Shown here: in pieces, positions 1 to 14,000 of the stretch
Layout: each line of letters begins with the position of its first letter
How positions within the stretch are numbered: position 1 is the first letter of the stretch
From: Takakia lepidozioides
Taxonomy: Eukaryota > Plantae > Bryophyta
NCBI GenBank assembly: GCA_030704615.1
Contig: CM060731.1
Location: 30,566,001-30,630,000 of the forward strand
Direction of reading: 5' to 3'
Length of the DNA: 64,000 bases
The notes under the pieces: generated by a model
What the model saw: only the letters and a program-made list of their open reading frames with translations
Database searches by the model: none
What the model was told of the DNA's origin: nothing
Position numbers and translations under genes: made by a program

Positions 1-342
1 TTGGTGCTCCATTCTCCTCGATTCCAAATCTGTTGTACAACCTCCATCAATCTGCCGCCGAAGCTGCCAAGACGCTCATAAACTCATGAAACCATGCATC
101 CATAATGTCTATGTACATATTAACATGATACCCGAACAGACCTGCAGCGAAGAGTCGAGCTCTGGTAGGGGGCGGGGAAAGGAGAACCCTAACCGCTGCC
201 TGCTAGGGTTTGGGGGCCGCCAGGGAACTCGAGAACCTTCGGGTAGGGTATTACAAATGTTTACGGGAACACATAACAATAGGTTAGGTTAGGAGAGACC
301 CTGGTTGATGCCCGGCGAAACCCGGAAACCAGACCAACATTG
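1..342 (-). mobile_element. End of a hAT-like DNA transposon, related to the element at 59884-60955; continues outside the window
   Basis: The reverse complement of 328-342 is CAATGTTGGTCTGGT, matching the terminus CACTGTTGGTCTGGT at 59884. Both also share the subterminal motif ccggg(c/t)atcaaccagg and TAGGGTT-like motifs. Confidence 0.6.
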
Positions 343-1237
343 TCTTGGACCACGCTAATTCCTGGACCACTCTAGAATTAACCGGGCCGAATGAAACTGC
401 TTTACATATTCTAGGTACCGAGGGATTCATGGAATTCCAGGATAGACTCCATTTTTTTATTTTTTTTGTTTATTTTTTTTGCTTAAGAGGGGACAGAGGC
501 CCTCAAAATTTTATTTCCTCATTAATTTGTCGTAAGAATTGGACGGAGCAGATGTTAAGTTGGGGAAGGGCCATTCGTCATTCCCAGTGCTCTCCAAATT
601 TAGGAAGGGACGGTACGAATCATTGATTCAAGCACATGGACCTTCCTTTAGCACCATGACTTCCTCGGAAGGTACCTCTCGACAGCCAATCGCAGACTGC
701 CAAGTACAGCATGCACCTCCTCACCCGCTCCCTCGTTTTTGGCAATCACCGGCTGACGGTGAAGATTGAAAGGTCAATTGGTAGGGCCAAGGACTCAGCT
801 CAGTTGAAATTTCGAGGGTCCTCTCGACTTCCTTTCGCTTTTTGTCTATCTGTTTCATTGTTCTCTGTGAACTCCCTGTTGCTCTTGCTTCCTTCGTATA
901 GGTGTTTGCCCGCCTTCCGACCTTGGTACGGGGTTGTTTTGTTCCCCTTTGAAGCCTTCACCGCCTTCAGTGGTATATTTTCCACCCTTCTTAATTTATT
1001 TGGACAGCTTATTCAGAAAAAAAGATCCATCTATGAGAATATGAGAAAAACCTGTCCCCTGTTTTGATCTTATTAAATATCATCCTCTTCCACGCTTCGA
1101 CATTGTTTCATCCTTGTTTTTCATCACGTATTATTGTACAACCATACTTATTAGGTATGTACTATGATGCCCTTGAAAAATCATACCACCCAGCTGCATG
1201 CCATCCGTTCCAACGTCAGGTCTTCCAATACGGCATA

Positions 1238-1540
1238 TGCACGTGGAACAGAAGATTAACGTGTCATTCACTCTGTGATCCTGACCTGCCCACCGTCCAC
1301 GTACCCTAACAAGCCACCGGGACCACCGGCCCGGCCGCAATTTGAGGATGGATGAAAACATTTCACTGGCTGGCGAAGGTGACTTACGGTTGGTGACCGG
1401 TGTCGCCAGTCGGAACGGATATGGGTTGGTTTAATTATCTTAAATATTTTACGAGCCCATTCCACCGGCGTCGAACCCTCCGCCAGAGCCCAACACTTGG
1501 CATTATGTCAGTGGGAAGAGCTCAGGAGACTGACACGTGG
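1238..1540 (+). promoter_or_regulatory. G-box/ABRE motifs and CE1-like CCACCGG motifs upstream of alpha-amylase
   Basis: CACGTGG at ~1239 and ~1534; (G)CCACCGG at ~1314, ~1323 and ~1462. Motif match only. Confidence 0.35.
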
Positions 1541-1778
1541 GTGAGAACCAGGGTTAGGTGCGGGACCGCAGGTGGTCGTCGTGCTGTTTAAGAGCTCTCG
1601 CTGCGTTCTGCTGTGTGTATTCCCACCGCACGGCACTCGCAGCGATCCTTCTCCAGTCTAGCTCGTTCAGTGTTCTTTGGTTGTAATTTCGTTGAGATTT
1701 CCAAAGATTATAGTCAGGGTTTGAATGGTCTGATCTCCTTTGGGGGATTTCGGGGTGAAGGGCTGTCTTCTCGGAGCA

Positions 1779-4222
1779 ATGGCGACGATAACAAACCCGG
1801 CGTTGTATGTGGCGGGTTTGAGGGAATCATCAAATGTTGCGATGCACCAGAATGTCGGTAACGCGCGGATGGGTTCAAGAGTTTCATCAGCCTCTTCGTC
1901 TCTCTATTCTTCCGGGAGTTTCAGTAGCAATTCCCAGATGGCACAGAAAAGAAGGAATGCGGCTGTGAGGGCTATTGCTGCACCGGAGGCTCCGGAAGCT
2001 GAAGCTCCAGTTCACGAGAAGCACACCCCGCCAAGAGGTGGCCTAATCAAAGCTGATCCCCTCAGAGTGATCATGTTCCAGGTGCGGATTACGATTCGCT
2101 ACCTACCTAACTACGAGACCTCCAGTAGTAGCTCCTTAAATTTAAACCCTGCGAAATGCATACCTCGGGTATGGTGTCTGTCAGTCGAGAGAAAAATCTA
2201 CTTATGTGTGATAATTTTTTAGTGTTTTTCTTGAACTCCGCTGAGAAGTTTCTGTGGACATGATGGATTATAGAACTAACAAATGAAGCTTGGTGTACTG
2301 TCAATTCAGGGCTTCAATTGGGAGTCAAGCAAGAGCCCATGCTGGTACGACGTGCTGGAAAAGTTAGCTGAGGACCTGGCAGCCTCGGGCATCACTGATG
2401 TGTGGCTACCCCCAGCTAGCCATTCTGTTGCTCCTCAAGGTAGTTGTGTCTTCCATTACAATGTCAGCAGTTTGTAAGAGACGTAGATGAGATGAGAGTC
2501 AGAGCACTGTACGTCAGTCCTGTTTATTGAGGCAGGCAGTGATCTCATTTCTCCCCTGCTATACCTGAAATGGCCAAGTCGGAGAGACGCATTGTGTCAA
2601 GCATAGAAGGGTTATTTCAGCAGGGGTTTGACGCATCTTGCATTTTGTAAGCTGGGATCGTTAATTTACATCTGCAACATTTGAGATTTGTTGTCTTGGG
2701 ACAAGGAGAAAAGTGCGTTCTGTGGGCGGCTTGAAGACTATAATTGCCCATGACGGTCCTATCGCCAGTGTAGTCCAAAGTCTATGTGCCCCTGACAGTG
2801 TGCACGGCAAATGAAGATACATGCTAGTTCAGAATGGCTTATTTTTGCATTGAGACTATAGTTCACACGCGGCTTTCATCCGGCACGCAGGGTACATGCC
2901 AGGAAGATTGTACGACTTGAATGACTCGAAGTATGGAAATGAACAGAAGCTGAAGGAGCTGATAGACGTTTTCCATGCAAGTGGAGTGAGATGCATTGCC
3001 GATATAGTAGTCAACCACCGGTGTGGGGACAGCCAAGACGGGCGTGGGGAATGGGTTATTTTTGAAGGAGGTACGCCCGACGAACGCCTAGACTGGGGTC
3101 CTTGGGCCATAGCTGGCGACGACTGGCCCTACAGTGATGGGACCGGGCAGCCAGACACTGGAGATGATTTTGGAGGTGCGCCCGACATTGACCACACCAA
3201 CGATCGCGTACAATCTGACCTTACCAACTGGATGAGATGGTTGAAGCACGTAATTGGCTTTGATGGCTGGAGATTCGACTTTGCCAAGGGATTTGCTGGG
3301 TACTATGTTGGACAGTTCTGCAAGAACACACATCCAGAGTTTGCAGTCGGAGAATACTGGACGAATATGAACTATGGCTGTGGGCTAGAGTACAATCAGG
3401 ATAATCATAGACAGCAATTGGTCGATTGGGTGAATGCCACAGGGAAAAGGTCGACAGCCTTTGATTTCACAACAAAAGGCATTTTGCAACAAGCTGTGCA
3501 AGGGGAGCTATGGAGATTGCGGGACCCCTTAAGTAAGCCCTCTGGTATGATTGGCTGGTGGCCAGAGAAAGCTGTCACCTTCCTTGACAACCACGACACT
3601 GGTTCAACACAGGGACATTGGCCTTTCCCATCCGACAAAGTGATGCAAGGTTATGCATACATCATGACACACCCCGGAACACCCTGCATTGTGAGCTCCA
3701 TCCCTGATCCCTACTGTTGTCTGTCGTCTGCCAGTTCTGGAGTCGCTTCGTTCTCGGATGTTATCTTTCCTCACGGTGACATATAACTTGGTAGAAGTTT
3801 TTGAGTGTTGGGTTGGGACCTGTGTCCATTGGGATAGGTCCTGTGTCCATCTCTGTATGTGTGCCCTCAACATATGACTATCTCTCAACCCAAATTTAAC
3901 CTCTGCTAAGTCATGCATTTCTTTTTGCTCCTTGCAGTTTTATGATCACTTCTATGATTGGGGTCTGAAGGAAGAAATCAAGGCGTTGATTGATATTCGC
4001 AAACGCAATGACATCAAAGCCAACAGCAAGTGCCACATAGTAACTGCCGAGGGTGATTTGTATGTGGCGACCATCGATGATCGCGTGGTGATGAAGATTG
4101 GTTCTCGCTTCGACATGGGTAGCCTGACACCAAGCGTAGAGGAATACAACATTGCTGCAGTTGGAAAGGACTATTGTGTCTGGGAAAAGAAAACCCCAGT
4201 GGCCGATGTTCCATCACAATAG
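1779..4222 (+). CDS. AMY: Alpha-amylase (GH13), 4 exons: 1779-2081, 2310-2439, 2891-3690, 3938-4222
   Basis: Motifs [45 protein letters not shown] and the C-terminal beta domain. All introns are GT-AG and phase-compatible. The N-terminus is Ser/Arg-rich. Confidence 0.95.
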
Positions 4223-4974
4223 TTTTCAATCATAGAAAACCAAGGAGAGTGGCTGAACACTACCTTTCTGATCATACCTCTAATGTAGCATTGAAACTTG
4301 GGTGAAACGATTTATAAGCAATAACAAAGGGTTGGGGTTGAGATATTAGTCAGGGGGGCATGGGGTGTTGTAGATGTGAAAAGTACATGCTAACGCTTAT
4401 CTAACATGAGTAGACTAGCAGCTGTATAGTAGAGAAACTAGCGTCTTCCCCCATCGTCGCTCACAAATGAAGTGTGGAGACTCTTTCAAAGACTAGAAGA
4501 CTCTTTCAAGAATCTTTTGTTGTACATCTGAAAATGCAAACAAAAATATTTGGCTCTCCCTACACATACATGGTTATTTGGTCTGCTATACAACTCACAC
4601 ACCAGTGTGTAACTTGTCTAGACAATTTGAAGTGCAGTTTGTGATCTGTGATGTTGTTCAAGCAAAATAATGAGAAAGGGGAGGAATTTAGAGTATGCAA
4701 GTTTCAGTCTTACAGACTGGCAAAACGAAGATAGTGCAGACTTCGCATCATGTACAGAAGTACAATTCAGCATTGAGATAAATACCATGTGTAGAAGTAT
4801 TTGTTATAATCTTATTGTCATCTTCATACTAGTCTTATTTTCCACTACTACTAAAGACAGTAGCAGGATGTAGTTGATCATTATTCCATCAGCTCCACTC
4901 CATCACACTGTCTCATCTTTCAGTTGCGGTATGTCAAAGTAAATTTCATGGTGCCTGCTAGTGACAGGTGACAC

Positions 4975-6929
4975 TCAGCGGACTAAAGGTGTGCGTTTCA
5001 ACTTGATTAGAATCTGCAAAACCATTTAGCAACAGCGCAGGTGATGATATTGTCATCAGCTATCTCAGAACTGTGTATGTACCTGATTGCATGGAAGACA
5101 GGGAAGAAATGTTTCCTTTAGGTTTCTCTAGTCTAGGGGAGGCACCTGTTGAAGAAAATGTTGCTGGTCATACTCCTGTTGCCAATAGTGATGTTGATTT
5201 GGGACTGGTCGAGGCAGTTTACCTCAACAGTCCTTATACATGTGCTTGTGTAAAAAGTGACACAGACAAGGAGAAGAGAAAGATTATGTACCTCTTTCAT
5301 GCGAGCTAAGTCCGTAGCCTTGGTGGCTTTTTCAGTTTCTTTTGGTTTCTTGGTCTCTAATCTCCTGGCAGCTAAGATCTCTGCAGGTGACTTGGGTCTG
5401 GCAATGGGTCTGGCAGCGGCAGGTTGGGGAGCAACATCTGTGGCCCCATCAAACTTTTTGGCCATGGCAGTAGCATCGAGCCTCTTAGTGGAAGTAGCAT
5501 CGAGTGTTTTGCTGGAAGTAGCATCAAGCTTTTTGGTGGAAGTGGGTCTGTTGTACTCTTTCTCCAGATCGATCAGAGACACAACCATCTCCCAGGTGTT
5601 GCCCACCAAGGCTGCTCTCTCCTGGGAATCCACATTTTCATGGTATGCCTTCTCCTTCTCTCTGCATTCATTGAGGAATTAAGGTGCAATAGTTATCCAC
5701 CTGTAACAAGAGCTGTAATTTGGAAAGGTGTGTCCCTCAACAGCCACCTACTAAAGGTAGAGTAATGCGTTACTATGGTGGACTAGTTCTAGTGAATCCA
5801 CTTGTTACACACAGTTGAAATTGTTACTTAATTAACACCAGAATTTCACTGTTGCAGGCACTCAATGACAGGACTTTTTCTGCTGGAATGCTAGCTCAGA
5901 AGCCAAATTCACCTGAAGAGATGTAATAGAGCTCTCTTATTGGCCAAGCTTTCAGATCAATGATGGAAGATAAAATGGGCGCTGGAGCTGATATGACTGA
6001 GGAAGACTTACCGGTTGAGGATCTTGGCAGATTTCAGTCTATCTGTCCGTTGCTGATAGAATTCTTTGCGCTCCTTTGCTGCCTGCTCCAGGATCTGCTC
6101 AAATGAACTAATTCAGAGCAGTAACGGCAATGTGGGACAGCTGTTCAAGGGAGCAGAGTTTCCAATAAAAAAATTGGAGTAAGCTAAAAAGAAGCGTGTG
6201 ACAAGGGCAGAGAGATATTTACATCATCTTGCGCCGCATTTGATGCTCTGTTCCTCTCTTGAAGCTCCAGAGCCCTTTAAACCTCCTGATTACCTGACCT
6301 TTCTTCCGATATCATTTGATTCATTTGAAGGGAGTAATTTTTCTTGTGGGTGGCCGGGGGATTTGTTTTGTGCAGGGGGGTTGTGTTGTGAAGACAGCTG
6401 ATACACAATGTAATCTGAATGGATAACCAACAAAGCTATTAGGTGGAAATCAACAGAGACAGTATGATGTTCCTTTCTTTTTCTCTCACCTCCCCGGTCT
6501 GATAATGGCATATTACCTACGAATCTCGGACTCTTCTCTGGGAAAAAATGCACGCGGTTGGTAGAGGGCGATGTCATGGTTATTGCCATTTTCGTCATCT
6601 AGATCATTTCGGAGATGATTGTAGCCATTGGCCAGAGGGGCTTGGTTCTCATTCGTGAGGCTGGAGTCGAAGAAAAGATTACTTGTTGATGAGAAAGAAA
6701 CCGGGTTTCCATTGAAGAGACTGTTTGTTGGAGAGGAAGATGCCTGGTTTTCATGCAAGACGTTGCTTGAGTCATAGAAGAGATTAGAGGTTGGGGAGAA
6801 AGGTTCAGCTGACGAGGGCGACACTGCCTCGTGGCTCCCATTGCTATGCCAGCTTGCAGCTAGATGCGGTGATGTCATTGCTCCTGCAGTCTCCTCCTCA
6901 TAGTAGTCTGAGCATTCATTATCTTCCAT
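4975..6929 (-). CDS. CLC: Clathrin light chain-like protein; exons ~6929-6517, ~6276-6222 (uncertain), ~6095-6012, ~5661-5292, 5013-4975
   Basis: The spliced product reads ...ELQERNRASNAAQDD|ILEQAAKERKEFYQQR...NR|EKEK...GNTWEMVVSLIDL...TDLARMKE|ILIKLKRTPLVR*. This gives the CLC coiled coil, the conserved Trp helix and a DLxRMxxxLxxLKxxP terminus. Confidence 0.8.
5448..5545 (-). repeat. Coding 24-bp tandem repeat (8-aa unit xKxLDATS) in CLC
   Basis: GTAGCATC recurs at a 24-bp period; the protein reads STKKLDATSSKTLDATSTKRLDATAMAKKFDGA. Confidence 0.8.
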
Positions 6930-8031
6930 CTCTCTCTCTCTCCCTCTGGAGGATCTATGGCCAAGAGGGCTACGGCAAACAACGTCTTATGAGTACATTC
7001 TCTCTCCTCTGGATGGAATATATTTTTTTCTTGCTCTCCTATCTTGCTTCTTCCAGACCAGGCGTGGGTTCTATGGTCACAATGCTAGTACCGCCTGGAA
7101 TGTGTCCCTGTCCCATGGGCCCTTGTGGCCCCTTTTAGACGTGTTGTCAGATCTATCCCTCTCCATCAATGGGCCCGTCCAAGTCTGTGGCCCACAAAGC
7201 TACAGGAAGCGAAGTCTTAAAATCTGTGATCAGTTTGACAACTCTTCATACGTAAGATATATGTCCGTGTGTGTTGGTTCTCTGTTTCCCACGGAACCTC
7301 AGGCGAACATCACAAATCTCTTGCTCTTCCTCGCTGTCTAGTCAGACTTTTATGTGCAAAACTCTCCCTCGGCTTTCCGTAGACGTTATGAAATTCCTTA
7401 TGTTTCCTCCCACACCCCATCCGAGGAAACTCTACATAACGTGAATGATCTATCACTTTTGTGTGGTTTCGTATTCTTGTCTGCGTTCTTCTGCTTGATG
7501 ATGGCCGTGGGTGGAAGCTGAAGCAGAGAAAGTCAGTAGGTCACGGCGTTGGGACATGCCAAGACCGTTATAGCACAGCCGTTATTCACCAACCAAGCGA
7601 ACGAGCACGAACGAACATCCACCCTAGAGCCGAACGATTACGCCATCTATGGAAGAGAGCTGGAACAGAGTTAAGTAGGGTAAGCTGTCAGCACATATAC
7701 GCATCCATGGCATCCATGGCGCAAGCTTTCCAGTTAATACGATCAATGTGCTTATTACTTACACCACAAATGGGCCGAGAAACTGTACAGTAAACAGGGT
7801 GTTGGAGTTACTGCGATGGGAGGGCAGGTGTGGACACATTCTTGCCTGGAAACAGTTCCCGAGTGCTCACCAGAGTGATTGGGTGGGCTGTATTGCAGAT
7901 TTCTTCAATGGGTTCAGTACAATGTTGAGATTCAGTTGCCTCACTCACTCTCCTTTGAAAGCAGGTTTGGAGTTCTAGGTGCCAAGAGAGGGAAGGAATG
8001 AGCTAAAGCCATGGAGAGGCATGGTGGAGGC

Positions 8032-11000
8032 ATGGACAGGCTGCTCAAGGCAGCACGCTCCTCAGGGGCCCTCAACCTCTCCGACCGCTCACTTACGTAT
8101 GGCTCGGGAACCCGTGTGTTTCTTAAACCTGATCGCGTTGTTGTCATTCTGAATGGATTTGCCGTGAAAACTATCTCGTTGTCTTCCATCGGGGCTTTGG
8201 ATCTGCATTGAGCTTCTTACTCGTAGAACCCAGGTGTTGTCATTGGATGAAGTTTACACATACGATCTCGGTCGCTATTTCGGTGCCTGTGGTTTCGTGG
8301 CAACCTTCAGGGGATTGAACAACAGACAAGCTTGGAATGTGCTATTGTGGTAGTTAAATGGATGCATCGTGGGCTCAGCTGAGTATTGAAATCTACTAAA
8401 TCTCAAGTCTGTGGTCTAAGCTGAGGTTTAAGCCCACTAGTTGAACTGTCACACGTTTGGGATTGAAAAAGTTTGGTAACTTTGAAAAACTGCTAAAGCT
8501 AGTGAGACGTCCTCAAGATCATTACTACTATGAATAACACAGAAGGTTGGAAGTATTAGTTGCATCCTCTGATCGTTGGCCTGAGTCCCTCTCGCTGTCC
8601 TTAAAGTGAAAAATTGTAACTAGAGACTTTGAACAAGCAGGGTGCACTATCATAATGCACCTATTTATTTTTGCTTCTATTTGGGCATCTAGTCTATGCT
8701 CCTGCTCCAAAATGTATCATGAGGGTCACTTCCGCTAGTGCATTTAGTCTGGTTGCACCACCTTGTTAGTCTCTGGCAGGTGGGACTAGCTGCTGAGCTC
8801 TTAGAATGAATCTATCATTCCACATTTTTGGCTTGTCCTTTGCCCAGGTCAACTTGATGTTTGCTACATTTGACACAACCTCAATGTGTGTGAAAATCCT
8901 GCTGTGCCAAGGATGTTTTAATTATGTCGGTGATGGTTCAGTTAGTCTGGTTGCAGATCATTTCTGCTGTTTTGAAAATGGAGGTCCTCGCATGAGTGCA
9001 TGTAGTGAAGGACAGTGTTTCAGTTACACCTAAGCTAATTACAATCAACACTCCTAGTGTTGGTGGATTCCTTACTCAACAAAGAGATTTTGAACACATG
9101 TAATTGGTGTATTAGTCAACTATGATGGTAGTGGTGGCATGGATACCATAGTTTCGACCCACTTTGACTGGTAAGTGTGCATTTCCATGCCCACGTCTGT
9201 CCAAACTCTCAATATCTCTGAACTTAACTGATGAATATATTAGCTGACCTTCAGTGTCTGTGGGGTTTGTTGGATAGTGAGCTTCCTGTCCAGGTTTACA
9301 ACTTGCTGGACGGCAATGGCCCAGATGAGAAGTGGTGGGAGGTATTGGCATTTCTGTGTTTCTCTCTTGGTGTTGCTCACCTTAAAGTCTAGACATGCAA
9401 AGTGGTATATAGAGAATGCTGGCTGTTGGAAATGGATGCAAGCCTGTGTACTTCGTATGAAATAGTCTCTCTGCATGTTCCTGTCAAAATCTTGTCCACT
9501 TTTCCAGGTTGTGATTTGTGGGTTATGTGGAGAAGTTGAACCTCTATTAACATGAAATTCTGCAGCTGAACCATGGCTATTTCTCACTGCCTACACAGAA
9601 TATTTTTTCGCTGAAAATTTCTGAACTTAACTTTCTTGTAGTAATCCAGGACCTTTACTGCAAACCCCCAGTTTGAATCAGGAAACATGTTAGGACATTC
9701 ATTACAGCATTCTGAGCATTGCAAGGTTTGATACAAGACATTTTCCCCATTGGGCCAGGTGGTGGAGCTGCAAAAATTGGACGTGTCACACAACTGTATT
9801 CTGGCCCTGTCAAATGAGCTTGGCAACCTATCTTCTCTTACTCTGCTCAATGTCAGTCATAACCAGCTGACATTTCTCCCTCCAGCAATTGGCAAGTGAG
9901 TACTCTTCTCCTTACCAGTGATGCTGACTTTTGACCCATTCTTCAAAGCAGTGTTCTTGCTTGGCAACCATATGTCCTCCCAACATCGTTTAGTCAGAAT
10001 CCTTAGTTGACTCAATGAGTCCCGTGTCATGCCACCAATTACATCCTGGTAAGACTGTACGTGAAATCTCTTCACTGAACTCTTTCTTTTCGGTGGTCGC
10101 TCTCGCAGTCTTGCAATGCTGAAGGCACTGGACGTTTCTGGGAATTTAATTGTTGAGCTCCCTTCGGAAGTAGGTTCTGCAACTGCTCTGGTCAGGTTTG
10201 TCTTTCATTCAAAATTCTCATCAGATACAAAGATTTTTTGTCTGGCACATAACCTTCCACAGCTCTTGGGTTCTGTCTGCAACGATTTTTGAAACAAGCT
10301 TTGTTATCTGAACTTGATGTGAACGTCAATGTGAACGATCTGACTGTTTGCACTGTCAAAGCTACTCCAGCCTTGCTCTGACCTCTTACCTACTCTTGCC
10401 TCTTCTCTTAGCTCGATTTGACTTGTCCAATCAGTGGATCTTGATAGACCATAGGCGGGGCAAGTGAATGACACCAACGACGTGTCCCACCTAGATCCAA
10501 TGAAACTTGCAAATTGGCATCAGGAGTTTGCCCCAGCCTCTTAAGTTGGCCTCAGATCCCTTTAAGAGACTGTCTGGGGGCCTCATAGAAGGTCATTGCC
10601 TAAATGGGTCATAGCATTTTGCTACTAGTTGATCTCTGCTTGAGTTTATTGTTGAGCACTCTGCTCAGATCACTTGCCATGTGGATAGAAAGTTTTGCTG
10701 GTAGAGTTATTACCAATATGGTTGGCTTGCTGGCAGGCTCAAAACAACTCCTTAGTGAATCTTCCAGAAGACTTGCAGTACTGCGCACGACTTACCAACC
10801 TTAATTTGGAGGTAATACCACTAAAGAATTTTCAGTGTCGTCCTCTCTCTTTGCATTTGTGTCTATGCCTCTCAAGGAAGTGGGTTATACCCGATGGATG
10901 GAGTAAAAATAGCTGAGTTCCATAGTCTAGTCTCATCTTTTTAGTCTACAAACTTGTGGTCAAAGAGGAGTCCGTCAGTTTCGGGTCTCAGTATGGTTCG

Positions 11001-14000
11001 TTAACGTAGAGATCTCCTGAATACAAATCATCTGGTTCATCTTTCTTCAGAAAATTTGTCATATCATATGTGTAGCAAATGTACTTGTTACACGAATACA
11101 TATGAGCTGGGCCTGCCTAATGTAAGGGACGGTTATGGTGGGTTATTGTTGCAGGGCAACCGGGTGACAGAGCTCTCAGAAAGCTTGTTCAGGGCCTTCC
11201 CCAACCTCACTGACCTCAATGCAGGTATATCTTTCTGGATCCCTTGTGTGCCATCCCTTCCTATGGCTTCCTGTTATGTGTGTTATGTGTGTGTTTCCTA
11301 GGGCTGGAAATTCCAACGAGAAATGATAAAGTGACTGATCGAGAAGAAGATTTTTCGGTTATCTGTGCACGGGCCCACAGACATAGTAGAACCACACAAA
11401 AGAATGACAACCCAACTTGCAGGTAACCAATGTGAGTGTCTGGCCGCTTGTTTGTGTGATTGCCTTCAGGTGATGTGTTGTGTACTTTGATGTGTTTTCC
11501 TTGTTATTCTGCTTTATACCGTTGGGCACTCAGGGGCCCCTTTCTTTCTTTCTTTGTTCTTTGTTCTCACGACAAAGCTCCACTTCTATCGAGAGACAAT
11601 CGCTAGAACATTAATTGTGGTTTCTGGATTTGTTCCTCTCATGTTTTCTTCCATTTTGTCCCATAAGCTCTATGAGCTTTCCGCGGACGTTATAAAGCAC
11701 CATTTCATTTCATTCATTTGTTTCCTCTCTCATGTATTTTTCTTCCATTCTGTCCCATAATCTCTATGAGCTTTCCGCGGACGTTATAAAGCACCATTTC
11801 ATTTCATTTCATTTCTCTTTGGCACGTTGTTTCTCTAGGCTCCATTGGCCCTTTGGGTCTCAAGTGGTTGTAGTGGATTCTTCTTTTTCTTCTATGAGGA
11901 TCAGAAATGCTTGGCAGCTTACTTGCACAAGGCTTTCACCCTTAGACAATCCCTCGAGCAATAGTTTTATTTTTGGCTCTGGTTTTGTTTCCTCTCTCAT
12001 GTATTTTTCCATTTTGTCCCATAAGATCTATGATCTTTCCGCGGACGTTATAAAGTACCATTTCATTTCTCTGTTCTCTTATTCCATTTTATATTCTGTC
12101 AAAGGCCCATGTTAGTAGGGAACAGTCAATGTGTACATTCTATCTCTTCATGGCCGTACAGCTCAGCAGACTGGATGTATATGTTGGTTTGGGCGCAGCA
12201 CGAAATATGCTGACAGGGTTGCCTGACTGTTTGGGAGGGCTATCAAAGCTCATCCGTCTTGACGTCCATCAAAATCGTATGTATCTCTTGCCATCTGGTT
12301 TACCTCCATAGTGGGTTGCTTTCACCTTGCAGCAACAGAACTTCACCATCTGCACTGTTATAACATGTGCTAGGGCAGACTGCTCTTGACTTGCTATATA
12401 CTCTCTTCTCCTGCTTGGCAATGAAAGTAGTCCTCCAATCAAGAATATAGGGTGTACTTGAGTTGAAGCCATCAATGATAATGACTAGCAGGGGGTGTCG
12501 TCAGGTGTTATTTCACTAAAGTGGAGATTTTTGATCCACATGACAGGGATTTCCTCAATTCCACCCTCTTTGGCTGGTTGCTCTGCCCTCACAGAGATAT
12601 TCTTGGGGTATGTTCTTGACTACCAGTGCAAGTTGTGCATCTCTTTGCTCACTTGGGCCCTGTTACCTACATCAGATCAGTGCGCACTAAGGTTAAGAAT
12701 TGGATACCATACGTCCTAGGTCTTTCTTTGAGGAAGCCTTAGGGCAAACATTGGATGCATGATTTCTGAGCAGTTGGCTTGGTCAGTATGTGTAATTCCG
12801 TAGTTGTATGGGTTGCATCTTTCAGTGACAATTTACTTAAGAGTGTCCCTGAGGAGATTGGAGCTCTAAAAGCCTTGAGCACTCTTGATGTGCACTCCAA
12901 TCAGGCAAGCCACCCCAGCATCTTAACTATCACAGACACTTGTAGTCAATACATTCGTAGTTTGTTCAAATGATGACTGTGCAGTGAGGTGCAGTCAAGA
13001 GATTTTGCCTGAACAAGCCGGACTTACCTAGAATAATATGTACTTGCATATGATCAGTACTGTCAAATCACAGGTCAATGTACATGAGAGTGCTTTCATT
13101 CTATCAAAAATCATAAGTCAAGTTATAGTGCTATCCAGTTTGATGAGGCTTATGCAAGGAGCTGTAAAATTTGATTGTATAGGCACTGAGTAATATTTTA
13201 GATTGCAGCTCACCGAGTTTCCTGCGGGTGCATGCATGCTGCGCCTCTCCCTCTTGGATCTTTCCAACAACAATTTGTCAGGACTACCCTGTGAACTGGG
13301 TACTATGCATAATCTCTACTGTTAGAAAAGGTTGATGAAGCTTGTCTTGTTTGTATGGTTTGGCAAGGGGGAGATCTCTACTCTGGATTCATTGGTACAG
13401 ACACCAGCACCACCTTGTAAAGTTCAATGATGACTCAAACGACTGGCCTGAAGCTATGTATAATAAGCAGAACAATAAACAACAACAAATTCATTATGAT
13501 GCAAAGCCAGTTCCCACACGTTGATTTATTTCTGACGGAATGGAGGGGGTTGATCTTGCATCAGGGGCAATGAGTACTCTAAGAAAACTGGTGCTGTTGG
13601 GAAACCCATTGCGCTCTCTCCGGAGGTACTCTATGGATGTTGGCCTTTGATTTCTTTGAAAATTTGTGCTCGAGTTCAAGCCAGCCTTATTCGTCATGAG
13701 ACAGTCATTTTGACATTCAACCTCAAGTCTGGAAACACGACTTTCAACACCATGCTTTCTTGTATGATGTTGATTTTTATACCATCCCGTGTTGAAACAC
13801 CATGACTAGCTCCAAGTGGAAGTGGTGGGTAGTATGGCCTCAAGTGTATGTCATAGGCAACATTGGCCAGGATCCAACCTTGTTTTGAATCTAATCAGAT
13901 TCCCTCTTTACTGTCTTTGCAGTACCCTTGTGATGGGGCCCACACCGGCGTTGCTCAAGCACCTCCTTGGAAGAATGCCTGAGACTGAAGATGAATCAGG

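Noticed and set aside
180-295. Interstitial telomere
   Set aside because: Only scattered CCCTAA/TAGGGTT motifs inside a transposon end.
5897-5922. Inverted copy of a CLC exon segment in an intron
   Set aside because: Only ~17/20 match, which is compatible with chance.
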